Shown here: positions 20,934 through 30,945 of the stretch, piece by piece
How positions within the stretch are numbered: position 1 is the stretch's first letter
Layout of the letters: each line of letters begins with the position of its first letter
Origin: Candidatus Zixiibacteriota bacterium
GTDB lineage: Bacteria; Zixibacteria; MSB-5A5; GN15; FEB-12
Length of the DNA stretch: 64,000 nt
Assembly: GCA_029860345.1 (NCBI GenBank)
Contig: JAOUBJ010000001.1
Coordinates: 195,089 to 259,088 of the forward strand
Direction: 5' to 3'
Made by a program: the position numbers and the translations under genes
Notes under the pieces: generated by a model
Databases searched by the model: none
What the model saw: the letters and a program-made list of their open reading frames with translations, nothing else
What the model was told of the DNA's origin: nothing

Positions 20934-22750
20934 CCTCCAGCTGGTTCGGACACTGTCAGTACTTGGTTGACTTCTACATTTTCGAGCGTCTGAACTCCAC
21001 CTGCCGGCCAGCGGATCACAAGTTTTTCAATGACGTCGTGGCTGCCGAGACCAAAGTGCGCACGCCGACTGCTCTGCGATGCGTAGCCGTTACCGGCCAC
21101 GATTTCGCGAATCATCAGTTGATCGCCGACCGTGAGTTCAAGCCGGGCGCCGACGGCATCTCTGTTGCTCAAGGTGCCGGTGAGATCGACCTCGAACCAA
21201 TTTGCACGGTTGCCGATTTCGTTTCGGTACATCACACCGGCGGCGTCCTGATTGGCCACATACATATCCAGATCGCCGTCGTTATCATAGTCGGCCACGG
21301 CGATTCCCCGACCGTCACGCTTGTCGTCCACACCCGACTCGGCGGCTATCTCGGCAAAGCCATCGAACCCGTCGTTGCGAAACAAGCGACTTGGTTCGTG
21401 TCCTGAACAACTCTTGTTACCCATCATCGGCCAGGTGGCAGCATCCTCCGGGTTGCTGTGAATATCGGTGGCGAACACGGCCAGGTCATACCACCATTCC
21501 TCCTCACCGGCGCTTACGAATCCGTTAACGGCATATATGTCAAGATCACCGTCGTTATCAAAATCCATGAACTTGCAGCCCCAGCCCCAACCACCGTCCC
21601 AGCAATTCGTCTCCACGGCGACATCGACAAAAGACCCATCGCCGAGATTCTCGTGCAGGACGTTGCCTTCCTGGAGAAACTCGTCGGTTGAAATATTGGC
21701 CACATAAATATCAAGCCATCCGTCGTTGTTATAGTCGCCAAACTCGGCGTTCATCCCCTTGCGGCTGTCTATCCCAATGGCTTGGTTTGAAATATTGACA
21801 AAGCCGTCAGCGCCTCGGTAGGTGAACAACCGATCCGGCCCAAAATCGTTGGCCGTGAAAATCTCCATCGTGCCGTTGTTATCAATGTCACCGCAACCGA
21901 CATCAAGCGTCCAACCGCTGTCGGCGATTCCGAGACCACCGGCGACATCGGTGAAAGTTGCATCACCGTTATTACGATACAAGACATTGGCCCCGCCATT
22001 GACAGCCGTTTCAAAGGCATCGTGCATGATACGAGTATGTTCGAGATTCCACAGATCGACATACGGAAAGTAGTTGCCGACATACAAATCAAGATCGCCG
22101 TCGGAATCGTAATCGACAAAGATCACGCCGTTGGCGTTGCCACAGTCGCCGGTGCCGCTCGACTGCGTGACCTCCGTGAACGTTCCGTCGCCATCGGAGT
22201 GAAACAGCCGGTTGCATCCCCATTTGATGACATAGAGGTCGAGGTTCCCATCATTGTCATAGTCACCGAACACCGCCCCCATCGAGGCCCCGTGCTCTTC
22301 GTTGACCCAGGCAACACCGGCCTGGGCGGCCATATCGGTAAACGTAAAGTCACCGTTGTTGTGGTAGAGCAAGTTCGGCTCACCCATACGGGACTGCGTC
22401 ACATATATATCGACATAACCATCACCATCGTAATCGGCGGCGGCAGCGGCGGCGCCCACCGAGGCCATCCAGGGCATGATATTGCCCAGCTTTTCATCCA
22501 GCACCGGTTTGTGATGCCTGTGAGTGATCCCGGCCTGCCGGGTAACATCCGTAAACGCTCTCTGGACCGATTCTTCAGCATTCAAGACGACAGGCAGGGC
22601 GATCAGAAGAAACAACAGTGTCGACCAGCCAAACGCGGCAGAGCATGAGGTGATGAGCCCAAGCCGGCCGCTTTTCTCAAAAACGTCACTGTTCCTTATA
22701 GTTGAGTTGGCTGTCTTTTGCATTGTTCTATGTCTTATGGTTGTTCGCAA
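20930..22750 (-). CDS. FG-GAP/VCBS repeat protein with C-terminal ASPIC/UnbV domain (CRTAC1-family)
   Basis: 606 aa. Multiple DYDGDGYVDIYV / DYDNDGNLDLYV / DYDSDGDLDLYV motifs. C-terminus NWFEVDLTG...AVGARLELT...REIVAGNGYASQSSRRAHFGLG...IRWPAGG. Confidence 0.8.
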   Translation of the reverse strand: MRTTIRHRTMQKTANSTIRNSDVFEKSGRLGLITSCSAAFGWSTLLFLLIALPVVLNAEESVQRAFTDVTRQAGITHRHHKPVLDEKLGNIMPWMASVGAAAAAADYDGDGYVDIYVTQSRMGEPNLLYHNNGDFTFTDMAAQAGVAWVNEEHGASMGAVFGDYDNDGNLDLYVIKWGCNRLFHSDGDGTFTEVTQSSGTGDCGNANGVIFVDYDSDGDLDLYVGNYFPYVDLWNLEHTRIMHDAFETAVNGGANVLYRNNGDATFTDVAGGLGIADSGWTLDVGCGDIDNNGTMEIFTANDFGPDRLFTYRGADGFVNISNQAIGIDSRKGMNAEFGDYNNDGWLDIYVANISTDEFLQEGNVLHENLGDGSFVDVAVETNCWDGGWGWGCKFMDFDNDGDLDIYAVNGFVSAGEEEWWYDLAVFATDIHSNPEDAATWPMMGNKSCSGHEPSRLFRNDGFDGFAEIAAESGVDDKRDGRGIAVADYDNDGDLDMYVANQDAAGVMYRNEIGNRANWFEVDLTGTLSNRDAVGARLELTVGDQLMIREIVAGNGYASQSSRRAHFGLGSHDVIEKLVIRWPAGGVQTLENVEVNQVLTVSEPAGG

Positions 22751-22885
22751 AAATCAAGATACAAAAACAAACTACCCACCAATCGGCTCAGCGTCAAGCT
22801 GAATCATGGGTCGACATTCGAGACTATTACGGCCGTAGAACTAATGATACTTCCTCCGTGCTCCACGGCCGGCACGAATACGGAG

Positions 22886-24952
22886 TTACTCGGCCGTTCC
22901 TCGGAGGGCATCGTAGTCAAGTTCCCAGTCGGGCGGATCGCCCCCGGGTCCTCTGAGGTAATGATCCATCCAGCGAATCAACCGCCGACTGAAGTCATAC
23001 CGCGCCGCGGCCTTACGATTGCCGTGACCTTCTTTTTTGAAGAAGACCAACCGTACCGGCGCTTTACCCACAGTCTTGAGATAACGATACAGTTCCATCG
23101 ACTGGCTGGGATGCACTCTCGAATCGTCTTCGCCGTGCATGATCAACAGCGGCGTGTTGGCCTGTTGCGCGTAGTAGATCGGACTCCGTTCCAGATACCA
23201 CTGCCAATGGTCCCACGGCCAACGTCTGGCGTGTACGAGAAACATCTCCTGCGGAATATCGGTGGTGCCGAACTTTGAAATCAAATCGCTGACCCCGACC
23301 GACATGACACCACATGCGAAGTGCTCGGTCAGCGCTGTGGCTCCCCAGGCCGTAGCATAGCCGCCATAGGAGCCCCCGGTGATACCGACCTTGTCGGCGT
23401 CAACCAAACCTATCTCGACCAGGTGATCGACCGCATCGACCAGGTCGTTGAACTCACCCCCGGCGTAGTCGGCCTGACTCATTTTTGAGAACTCCACACC
23501 GCGCCCCGTGCTGCCTCGATAGTTAGGATAGAATACGACGTATCCCTGAGCCGCCAGCACCTGGCCGGGACTTGAATAATAGGTAAGCCAGCCGTCGCGC
23601 CGATGCGACTCCGGTCCACCGTGCACGGCCAACACCAGAGGATACTGTTGGTCTGGTTGCTCGTTTACCGGGTGGATCAGAATCCCCTGCAATCGCAAAC
23701 CGTCACGAGCGTTATGCTCCACCACTTCCTGCTCGGCAAACTGTATCTCGTCCAACCAGGGGTTACTGTTGCTGATTCTCTCGGCAGCTTTGTCACCCAG
23801 TCGGTAACTAAAAAGTTCCGAAGGATGGTCAAAACTGTTGGCCAACAGGGCCAGGCTTCGACCGTCGGCAGCCAGTTTCATTCGCGTAATAACCGGTCGA
23901 CCGGGTGCGAGAATAGCTCTTTGTTTGGAACCGTCGGTGCGTACCGTCCCGATGAAGTTATGTACTTCTCGCGCCGCCAAGAAGACAATAGTCTGATTAT
24001 CACCAAAAGCCAGGTCCCAGACGTGGCCGTCGAAATCGGTTATCACCGGTCTGAGTTCATCGCTGTCGACCGAGGCGATCACTACTTCCCCGGCCGAAGG
24101 GTCGTGGATATCGGCGCCGGTAATAAAGGCCACCTGGCTGCCGTCGGGACTGAAAGCCAGCGAACCCAGCTTGCCCGGTTTGTCATACGTCCGGATTAAC
24201 TCACCTGTTCCGGCATCAATCAGCGTGACGCTTCGGTACATGAGCCGGTCATCAACCGACGGCGTCGGCTGCGTCACGACCGCCAATCTCATTCCATCAG
24301 GACTCCACCGAACCACCGATACCGTGCCGTCAATATCCAGCGATCGCGGCGACTGCGATGAATCCCGGGGATCGGTCATCCACACTCGCGTGTGACGCCA
24401 ATCTTCCTCGTACACTTGTTGATTAAAGCCCTTATCGCGAAGTTCCTTCAGCTCAGTCGGCACCGTATCCCGAGCCAAAAAAGCAATTCTACGACTGTCC
24501 GGCGCCCAACTGTATCCGGAGATTGAGCTGCCGAATTGCAGAAGCCGTCGTGACTCACCGCCGTCGAGCGGGATTGCATAGAGCGATTTGACGGTATCTT
24601 CTCCGCGCTCGGCTAAGTAGGTTATAAAACCGCCGTCGGGTGTAAAGGCCACATTACTGACGCGCACCTTGCCCGTCACAAAGGGCCGCGTGATGCCGTC
24701 GTGCCCGGCGACATACAGTTCAACCCAGGCCGAACCGTTATCCTCTGCGAACGGATTGCGAGGCACCGACAAAGTATAGGCCATCGTCTGACCGTCCGGG
24801 GCGATAGCTACCTGCCCAACCGTGCGCAGGTTGGCGATGTCTTCCAAAGTCATCGAGCGCTGAGCAGTCGCTACAGCGGCTATGAACACCAGAAGAACAG
24901 TGGTACAAGTCATTATCAGACGGCTTGAGGACGCGGGCTTTTTCCGAAACAT
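22886..24952 (-). CDS. S9-family serine peptidase (prolyl oligopeptidase / acylaminoacyl-peptidase type) with N-terminal beta-propeller
   Basis: 688 aa with a signal peptide. Propeller-type repeats (SPDG motifs). Catalytic-domain nucleophile GITGGSYGGY, and later GEDDSRV and GHG motifs. Confidence 0.85.
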   Translation of the reverse strand: MFRKKPASSSRLIMTCTTVLLVFIAAVATAQRSMTLEDIANLRTVGQVAIAPDGQTMAYTLSVPRNPFAEDNGSAWVELYVAGHDGITRPFVTGKVRVSNVAFTPDGGFITYLAERGEDTVKSLYAIPLDGGESRRLLQFGSSISGYSWAPDSRRIAFLARDTVPTELKELRDKGFNQQVYEEDWRHTRVWMTDPRDSSQSPRSLDIDGTVSVVRWSPDGMRLAVVTQPTPSVDDRLMYRSVTLIDAGTGELIRTYDKPGKLGSLAFSPDGSQVAFITGADIHDPSAGEVVIASVDSDELRPVITDFDGHVWDLAFGDNQTIVFLAAREVHNFIGTVRTDGSKQRAILAPGRPVITRMKLAADGRSLALLANSFDHPSELFSYRLGDKAAERISNSNPWLDEIQFAEQEVVEHNARDGLRLQGILIHPVNEQPDQQYPLVLAVHGGPESHRRDGWLTYYSSPGQVLAAQGYVVFYPNYRGSTGRGVEFSKMSQADYAGGEFNDLVDAVDHLVEIGLVDADKVGITGGSYGGYATAWGATALTEHFACGVMSVGVSDLISKFGTTDIPQEMFLVHARRWPWDHWQWYLERSPIYYAQQANTPLLIMHGEDDSRVHPSQSMELYRYLKTVGKAPVRLVFFKKEGHGNRKAAARYDFSRRLIRWMDHYLRGPGGDPPDWELDYDALRGTAE

Positions 24953-25030
24953 GTCTATTCTCCTGCGGTTCTTTGTCTTCTTACCTTATGGCAATCCTAT
25001 ACCGGTCAAGTCACTCGATTCTATGTCGAC

Positions 25031-27064
25031 TCATTTCGCTTTTGTACGTCGATAGAGCAGCACTCCCATCAGCCCGAACAAGACAAGGGCCACGATTTCC
25101 CCCCACGGTTCCGGCCATGCCCATCCCACGCCGGTCGGTTTGCCCCACTTGTAAGCATAGGCGGCAATGATTACACCCATGAGACCCTCGCCGCCAATCA
25201 ATCCGGAACAGAAGAGGATACCTCTCTCTTTCCGTTGGGTAAGTTCAGATTCATCGTGGCGCGAGCGTGCTTCCACGATTCTGCGGATGATGCCCCCGAA
25301 CAAGATCGGCGTCATGGTGGCTACCGGCAAATAGAGACCGACCGCGAAGGGCAGCGAAGGTAACGAGCAAAGTTCGACAATGGCGCCAAGAAAAGCACCT
25401 ATCAGTACCAACGACCAGGGGATGCCGGACTCCAGAACACCGTCGACCAACGTGCCTATCAGCATGGCCTGTGGCGCGGGCAGATCGACCGAGCCGATTT
25501 GATACGTCTTGACCAGCACCATGACCGCCGCGCAGACAGCCAGCGCCGATGTGGCCGCGCCGATTATTTCACCAACCTGCTGACGCCAGGGTGTCGCACC
25601 GACCAGAAAACCGGTCTTTAAGTCCTGTGAAGTATCCCCGGCGATAGAAGCTGCCACGCAAACAACGGTACCGACAGTGAGCGCGGTCACCTTGCCCAAC
25701 ATATCGGTCCAGCCAAGCCAGACGAACAGACCGCTCACACCCAATAGCGTAACAATCGTCATCCCCGAGGTCGGATTCGATGACACCCCGATCATCCCTA
25801 CGATCCGCGATGATACCGACACAAAGAAGAATGCAAAGAGCGCTATGGCCGGTGCCGCCACCAGGCGCATCATGAAACTGGTGCTCAAACCGAGCACACC
25901 CGGCAGCACGGCCAGGAGCACCACGACCGCCGCCACTCCGAGGAGCACGTAGCGCATGTTCAGATCACGCTCGGTCCGCAGCAGACCGTTTAGTCCGTGG
26001 CTTGCCTTGGCATCCTGGTCACCGAGCCGGGCGCGCATGGCACCGAATGTCATGCGGAACGACTTGAGCATCATCGGGAACGATCGAACAATCGTGATAA
26101 GCCCGCCGAAGGCCACCGCCCCGGCGCCGACATAACGTATGTAGCGCGTCCAGATTTCCGACGGACTCATACTGCCGATGGTCTTGATCGCCTCCGGAAA
26201 GAGCGGCACCGTGAGATGCTCGCCCAGGTGTCCCATGAGTGGAATCAAAACCACCCACGAAACCAAGCTGCCGGCCACCATGATCGCCGACACGCGGTAA
26301 CCCAGAATGTATCCCACCCCCATCAACATCGGCGTGGCCACAATGCCGACCTGGGCCTTCTTGACCAACGGCAGATTGATGGATACTTCGCGATCGATTA
26401 GCTTCAAGAGGTGATTACAACAACGATAGAGCGCTCCAAGACCAAGGCCGAGGAATAGATTACCCGCACCGGCGCCACCTTTGTCGGCGGTAATCAATAC
26501 GCGCGCACAGGCCGTGCCTTCCGGGTATGGCAACGACAGGTGTTCATCCTTGATGAGGAACCGACGCAGCGGAATCATGAACAGGACGCCAAGCAGTCCC
26601 CCGAACAGCGCCAACCCGGTTAGCTGAAACAAGGTTGGATCGACACCCCAGATGTAGAGGGCCGGAATTGTAAAAATAACACCGGAGGCCAACGATGAAC
26701 TGGCCGATCCGATTGTCTGCGCCATATTGCTTTCGAGAATCGTAGAACGACCGAAGAGCCGTCCGGTCAAACGGAAGAAACCGACCGTCATGACGGCCAC
26801 CGGTATCGAAGTCGATACCGTTATACCGGCCAGCAAACCGAGATAAGCGTTGGCGGCGCCAAACAGAACGCCAAACAACACCCCGGCTAATACCGATCTG
26901 ATTGTAAACTCGGCGATACTCTCCTGAGGCGAGATGTACGGTTTGGGCGGGGGACCGGATTGACCGGCTTGGTTGGTAGCGATCGGTTGTGTCCTCTCTG
27001 TGGTTTCGGCTGACCGATTCCTCAGTCTGCACCTTGCGTTCCAATCATAATAACAGCCGCCCAC
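25031..27064 (-). CDS. OPT-family oligopeptide transporter
   Basis: 677 aa, polytopic. The N-terminal EFTIRSVLAGVLFGVLFGAANAYLGLLAGITVSTSIP pattern is characteristic of the OPT superfamily. Adjacent to the S9 peptidase. Confidence 0.75.
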   Translation of the reverse strand: MGGCYYDWNARCRLRNRSAETTERTQPIATNQAGQSGPPPKPYISPQESIAEFTIRSVLAGVLFGVLFGAANAYLGLLAGITVSTSIPVAVMTVGFFRLTGRLFGRSTILESNMAQTIGSASSSLASGVIFTIPALYIWGVDPTLFQLTGLALFGGLLGVLFMIPLRRFLIKDEHLSLPYPEGTACARVLITADKGGAGAGNLFLGLGLGALYRCCNHLLKLIDREVSINLPLVKKAQVGIVATPMLMGVGYILGYRVSAIMVAGSLVSWVVLIPLMGHLGEHLTVPLFPEAIKTIGSMSPSEIWTRYIRYVGAGAVAFGGLITIVRSFPMMLKSFRMTFGAMRARLGDQDAKASHGLNGLLRTERDLNMRYVLLGVAAVVVLLAVLPGVLGLSTSFMMRLVAAPAIALFAFFFVSVSSRIVGMIGVSSNPTSGMTIVTLLGVSGLFVWLGWTDMLGKVTALTVGTVVCVAASIAGDTSQDLKTGFLVGATPWRQQVGEIIGAATSALAVCAAVMVLVKTYQIGSVDLPAPQAMLIGTLVDGVLESGIPWSLVLIGAFLGAIVELCSLPSLPFAVGLYLPVATMTPILFGGIIRRIVEARSRHDESELTQRKERGILFCSGLIGGEGLMGVIIAAYAYKWGKPTGVGWAWPEPWGEIVALVLFGLMGVLLYRRTKAK

Positions 27065-27121
27065 AGATTATACCAAGCGGTTTTTTCATATACGAACACA
27101 TGCAAGAGAATCAAGCATCTG

Positions 27122-27151
27122 TTGACAAACCACATTCTCAAGCTGTAATTA
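27122..27151 (+). promoter_or_regulatory. Candidate sigma70-type promoter for the methyltransferase operon
   Basis: TTGACA at 27122-27127, an 18-nt spacer, then TAATTA at 27146-27151, ~60 nt upstream of the TTG start at 27213. Promoter rules for this lineage are unknown. Confidence 0.3.
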
Positions 27152-27212
27152 CTGTCTGCAAGAGATATGCGGTCGGCGCAGACGACCCGACTTTATCGAC
27201 AAGGAGAGAGCA

Positions 27213-28670
27213 TTGAGACCAACTGTAAGATTCCTCAGCGATGAACTGATCGGCCGCATCCTGTCCGAGGCTCGTGAGCTGATCTGCAAACTGGGTGTTG
27301 AGATTCATAACGAGAACGTCCTGGGACTACTCGGTGATCATGGCGCCCGAATCGATTCAAGCAAACATCGCGCCTTTTACACCGACGACATCATCGACCA
27401 ATCATTGAAAGCGGCGCCGTCGTCGTTTTGTCTGTACGATTCCTCAGGAAATCAAGCCGTCGATCTTTCCGGCATGAATGTCAACTTCACCCCCGGATCG
27501 GCGGCCATTAACATTCTGGATTCAGACTCTCTCAAGTCCCGCCGACCGACAACCGCCGACTACGTCAAGTATGCAAGGCTGGTGGGCGGCATGGACCATA
27601 TCGGTTCTCAGTCAACGGCCCTGGTCGCAGACGACGTCCCCGGCAGAATATCCGACAGCTATCGCCTGTACCTCAGTCTGATGCACTGTCATAAACCTGT
27701 CGTGACCGGCGCTTTCACAATCGATGCCTTTGAGATCATGAAAGAGCTTCAGCTCACTGTGCGCGGCTCCGGTCAGGCGCTAAAGGAGAAGCCGCTGGCT
27801 GTTTTCTCATGCTGCCCCACTTCGCCCCTGAAATGGTGCGATGTCACCTCGCAGAACGTGGTCGACTGTGCCAAACACTCGATACCGGTCGAGTACATTT
27901 CGATGCCGTTGTCCGGATTCATGGCCCCGGTAACCCTGGTCGGTTCGCTGGTGCAACACACGGCTGAAACGTTGAGCGGTCTTGCTATCAGTCAATTGAC
28001 AAACCCCGGCACTCCGGTGTTGTACGGTGGTTCTCCGGCTGTTTTCGACCTGCGATACGAGACGACGCCGATGGGCGCTATCGGCACCATGATGATCGAC
28101 TGCGCATACAACGAAATCGGCAAACATCTCGGTCTGCCCACCCAGGCTTACATCGCCCTCAGCGATGCCAAACTGCTCGATGCCCAGGCCGGGCTGGAAA
28201 CATCGATGGGCGCAACGTTGGCGGCGCTGGCCGGGATCAACAACATCTCAGGCCCGGGCATGCTCGATTTTGAAAGTTGTTTCAGTTTGGAAAAACTTGT
28301 CGTTGACAACGAAATCTGTGGCATGGTGCATAGAATGGTCAAAGGTATCGAGCCCAAAGAAGACTTCCCCGCCCTGCCCCGCTTTGAAGAACTGCTGCGC
28401 GACGATCACCTGCTGATCTCGCCGCACACGCTCAAGTATCTCAATGAAGAGATCTATCTCCCCGGCCCGGTAATCGACCGCGCCAACCGTTCCCGCTGGG
28501 CCGAGGAAGGCAGCCTCACCATTCAGCAACGGGCGGCACAGGAAGTAAAACGAATTCTTTCAGAACAGACCGACTCGCCTCTGCCGCAGGATGTCGGCGA
28601 CGAATTGACCCGCCAGATGACCGCCGCTGCCCGCACCCATGAGATGGAGCAGTTACCAGAGTACGCTTGA
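27213..28670 (+). CDS. MttB-superfamily methyltransferase, non-pyrrolysine class (quaternary amine:corrinoid methyltransferase-like)
   Basis: 485 aa. TTG start with AAGGAGAGAG RBS. Overall MttB-like sequence (LSDELIGRILSEARELICKLGVEIHNENVL..., ISGPGMLDFE). There is no in-frame TAG, so it is not the Pyl-containing TMA enzyme. Confidence 0.75.
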   Translation: MRPTVRFLSDELIGRILSEARELICKLGVEIHNENVLGLLGDHGARIDSSKHRAFYTDDIIDQSLKAAPSSFCLYDSSGNQAVDLSGMNVNFTPGSAAINILDSDSLKSRRPTTADYVKYARLVGGMDHIGSQSTALVADDVPGRISDSYRLYLSLMHCHKPVVTGAFTIDAFEIMKELQLTVRGSGQALKEKPLAVFSCCPTSPLKWCDVTSQNVVDCAKHSIPVEYISMPLSGFMAPVTLVGSLVQHTAETLSGLAISQLTNPGTPVLYGGSPAVFDLRYETTPMGAIGTMMIDCAYNEIGKHLGLPTQAYIALSDAKLLDAQAGLETSMGATLAALAGINNISGPGMLDFESCFSLEKLVVDNEICGMVHRMVKGIEPKEDFPALPRFEELLRDDHLLISPHTLKYLNEEIYLPGPVIDRANRSRWAEEGSLTIQQRAAQEVKRILSEQTDSPLPQDVGDELTRQMTAAARTHEMEQLPEYA

Positions 28671-29380
28671 TGAAACGCCAGGTTACAATTGAACTCAAGG
28701 CCACCGTGCCCTCCTCGGCCGACGTTCTTAACGCCCAGTCTGTCCCCAAAACGGCTCACGATGACAGCTCGTTACAAGCGCTGGCCGAGCAAGGGATAGC
28801 TATCTTTCGCAAGCTGGCTCAGCCGATAGGCATGTATGCTCAAGTTGAGTTGCCTGAGTTTGAGAGGATCTACCACGGCGTGGGAGCCAACGACAATGTC
28901 GCCCCCTTGCCGCATATTGCGCAGGCATCCGATAAACTGGCCTTGTATTGCGTCACTCTCGGACAGGAAGTCTGCGCCAGGATATCGCAGCTTTTTGACA
29001 GCCATGAGTATCCTCTGGCCACCATGCTTGACGCCGCCGCCTCGACCGGCGCGGAACTTGCCGCCGAGGTTGTGCAAAAGGAATTTGAACTGCAATTGGA
29101 CAGTGATAAACTAAGCAGTGCACAAACCGGCGTGATGCCGTTCAGCCCCGGCTACTGCGGCTGGCATGTGAGCGGGCAGCGCGCCCTTTTTGATTTTCTA
29201 AAACCGGAGGAGATCGGTGTAAGTCTGAATGAGAGCTGTTTGATGCAACCATTGAAATCAATCAGCGGCGTCATGGTATCAGGCATCAAAGAGATTTTTT
29301 ACTTCGAAGATGTTTTTCCGTTTTGCGCCTCTTGCGCCACCCGTTCCTGTCGGGCGCGGATTGCATCGCTTGAAATGTGA
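28670..29380 (+). CDS. Methionine-synthase (MetH) activation-domain-like protein
   Basis: Track start is TTG 28667, but ATG 28670 (TGATG overlap with mttB-like) is more likely. SPGYCGWHVSGQRALFDFL...IGVSLNESCLMQPLKSISGV resembles the vitamin-B12-dependent methionine synthase activation domain. Cys-rich tail FCASCATRSC. Confidence 0.6.
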   Translation: MKRQVTIELKATVPSSADVLNAQSVPKTAHDDSSLQALAEQGIAIFRKLAQPIGMYAQVELPEFERIYHGVGANDNVAPLPHIAQASDKLALYCVTLGQEVCARISQLFDSHEYPLATMLDAAASTGAELAAEVVQKEFELQLDSDKLSSAQTGVMPFSPGYCGWHVSGQRALFDFLKPEEIGVSLNESCLMQPLKSISGVMVSGIKEIFYFEDVFPFCASCATRSCRARIASLEM

Positions 29381-29410
29381 ACGAACGACCCCAAAGGTAC
29401 AGGGAGAGAT

Positions 29411-30046
29411 ATGAACATACTTGAAGAATTGTCCCAGTCGTTACAAAGAGGTGTGGACAAAGATGTCGTAGCGCACACCCAGAAGGCTATCGACAGCGGC
29501 CTGGCCGTTAAGCAGATTCTTGACGACGGCTTGATCGCCGGTATGTCGATCGTTGGTGAACGATTCAAAAAACACGAACTGTTTCTACCCCATGTGCTAT
29601 TGGCCGCCAAGGCCATGTACGCCGGACTGGACCTCCTGAAGCCGCTGATGCTGAAGGAAGGCATTCCCACGCTGGGAAAAGTCGTGATCGGCACTGTGCA
29701 TGGCGACCTGCATGACATCGGCAAGAACCTCGTCGGTATCATGCTCAAAGGGGCCGGCTTCGAAATAATCGATTTGGGCAAAGATGTGCCCGCGGAGAAC
29801 TTCGTCGAGGCCGCCATCGCCGAGAACGCTCAGGTGATCGGCTTGTCGGCGCTGTTGACCACCACCATGCCGACCATGAAGCAAGTAGTCGACCTGGCCA
29901 CCGAACAAAATGTGCGCGACAAGTTCAAAATCGTTATCGGCGGCGCCCCTTTGTCCGATGAATATGCGCAGGAGATCGGCGCCGATGCCTACTGTTTTGA
30001 TGCCGTCAGCGCCGTCGACCGCGTCAAGCAGTTTGTCGAGAACTGA
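29411..30046 (+). CDS. Cobalamin-binding corrinoid protein (MtbC/MttC/MtgC-like)
   Basis: 211 aa. B12-binding DxHxxG motif (GTVHGDLHDIGKNLV), SALLTTTM and GGAP motifs. RBS AGGGAGAG. Confidence 0.9.
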   Translation: MNILEELSQSLQRGVDKDVVAHTQKAIDSGLAVKQILDDGLIAGMSIVGERFKKHELFLPHVLLAAKAMYAGLDLLKPLMLKEGIPTLGKVVIGTVHGDLHDIGKNLVGIMLKGAGFEIIDLGKDVPAENFVEAAIAENAQVIGLSALLTTTMPTMKQVVDLATEQNVRDKFKIVIGGAPLSDEYAQEIGADAYCFDAVSAVDRVKQFVEN

Positions 30047-30048
30047 AC

Positions 30049-30945
30049 GTGTGCCCACCACTTCTCGAACAGATCAACTCAGGCAGTCTCTTTGTCGGCG
30101 ACGGCGCTATGGGGACGATGCTGTTTGCGCACGGTTTGCAAACGGGTGACTGCCCCGAGAAGTGGAACCTGGATCATCCGAAGACGCTTGAAGAAATCGC
30201 GCGGCTTTATCATCAGGCCGGAGCCGATATCGTCAGCACCAATACGTTCGGGGGATCGGCGCTCAAACTAAAACAGTACGGTCTGGGTGATCGCACCGAA
30301 GAGATCAACGCAGCCGCCGTGTGTGCCGTGCGAAATGCTATCGGTGACGAAGCATACCTCTCGGTTTCATGCGGACCGTGCGGACAATTGATCGAACCGC
30401 TCGGCGATGTCTCTGAGGACGCTGTGTTCGACAGCTTCCTCAGACAATTGCGCGGCGCAACTCAGACGCCGGTCGATTTGATCTGCGTCGAGACCATGAC
30501 TGACCTATCCGAAACTAAACTGGCTGCAAAAGCAGCCCAAACCGCCGCACCGGGAGTACCGGTTGCCGTTACCATGACTTTTGATGAAACGCCCAACGGT
30601 TTTTACACAATGATGGGCGTGAGTATCGTGCAAGCGGCACAGGAACTATCCGACGCCGGGGTGGACATCATAGGCTCCAACTGTGGCAACGGCATCGAGA
30701 ACATGATCAAGATTGCGCACGAGTTCAAAGCCTGCTCATCTCTGCCGATAATGATTCAGTCCAACGCCGGGCTACCGGTGCTCAATGGCGACCGGCTCAC
30801 CTATCCCGAGACACCTGAGTTCATGGCCGATCAGTGCCGCGAACTTGTCGAACTGGGCGTGAGCATCATCGGTGGTTGTTGCGGCACTACGCCCGAGCAT
30901 ATCCGGGCGATACGTGCGATGGTCGACGGACGCGGCGTGGACTAA
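30049..30945 (+). CDS. Homocysteine S-methyltransferase-domain protein (MetH N-terminal-module-like)
   Basis: 298 aa. GTG start 2 nt after the corrinoid gene. FVGDGAMGTMLFAHGL at the N-terminus and Zn-ligand motifs SNCGNG and GGCCGTTPEHI. Confidence 0.8.
   Translation: MCPPLLEQINSGSLFVGDGAMGTMLFAHGLQTGDCPEKWNLDHPKTLEEIARLYHQAGADIVSTNTFGGSALKLKQYGLGDRTEEINAAAVCAVRNAIGDEAYLSVSCGPCGQLIEPLGDVSEDAVFDSFLRQLRGATQTPVDLICVETMTDLSETKLAAKAAQTAAPGVPVAVTMTFDETPNGFYTMMGVSIVQAAQELSDAGVDIIGSNCGNGIENMIKIAHEFKACSSLPIMIQSNAGLPVLNGDRLTYPETPEFMADQCRELVELGVSIIGGCCGTTPEHIRAIRAMVDGRGVD

Noticed and set aside
27213-28670. Pyrrolysine (in-frame TAG) in the MttB-family gene
   Set aside because: The ORF is uninterrupted for 485 codons. 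No in-frame TAG is present, so it belongs to the non-Pyl class.
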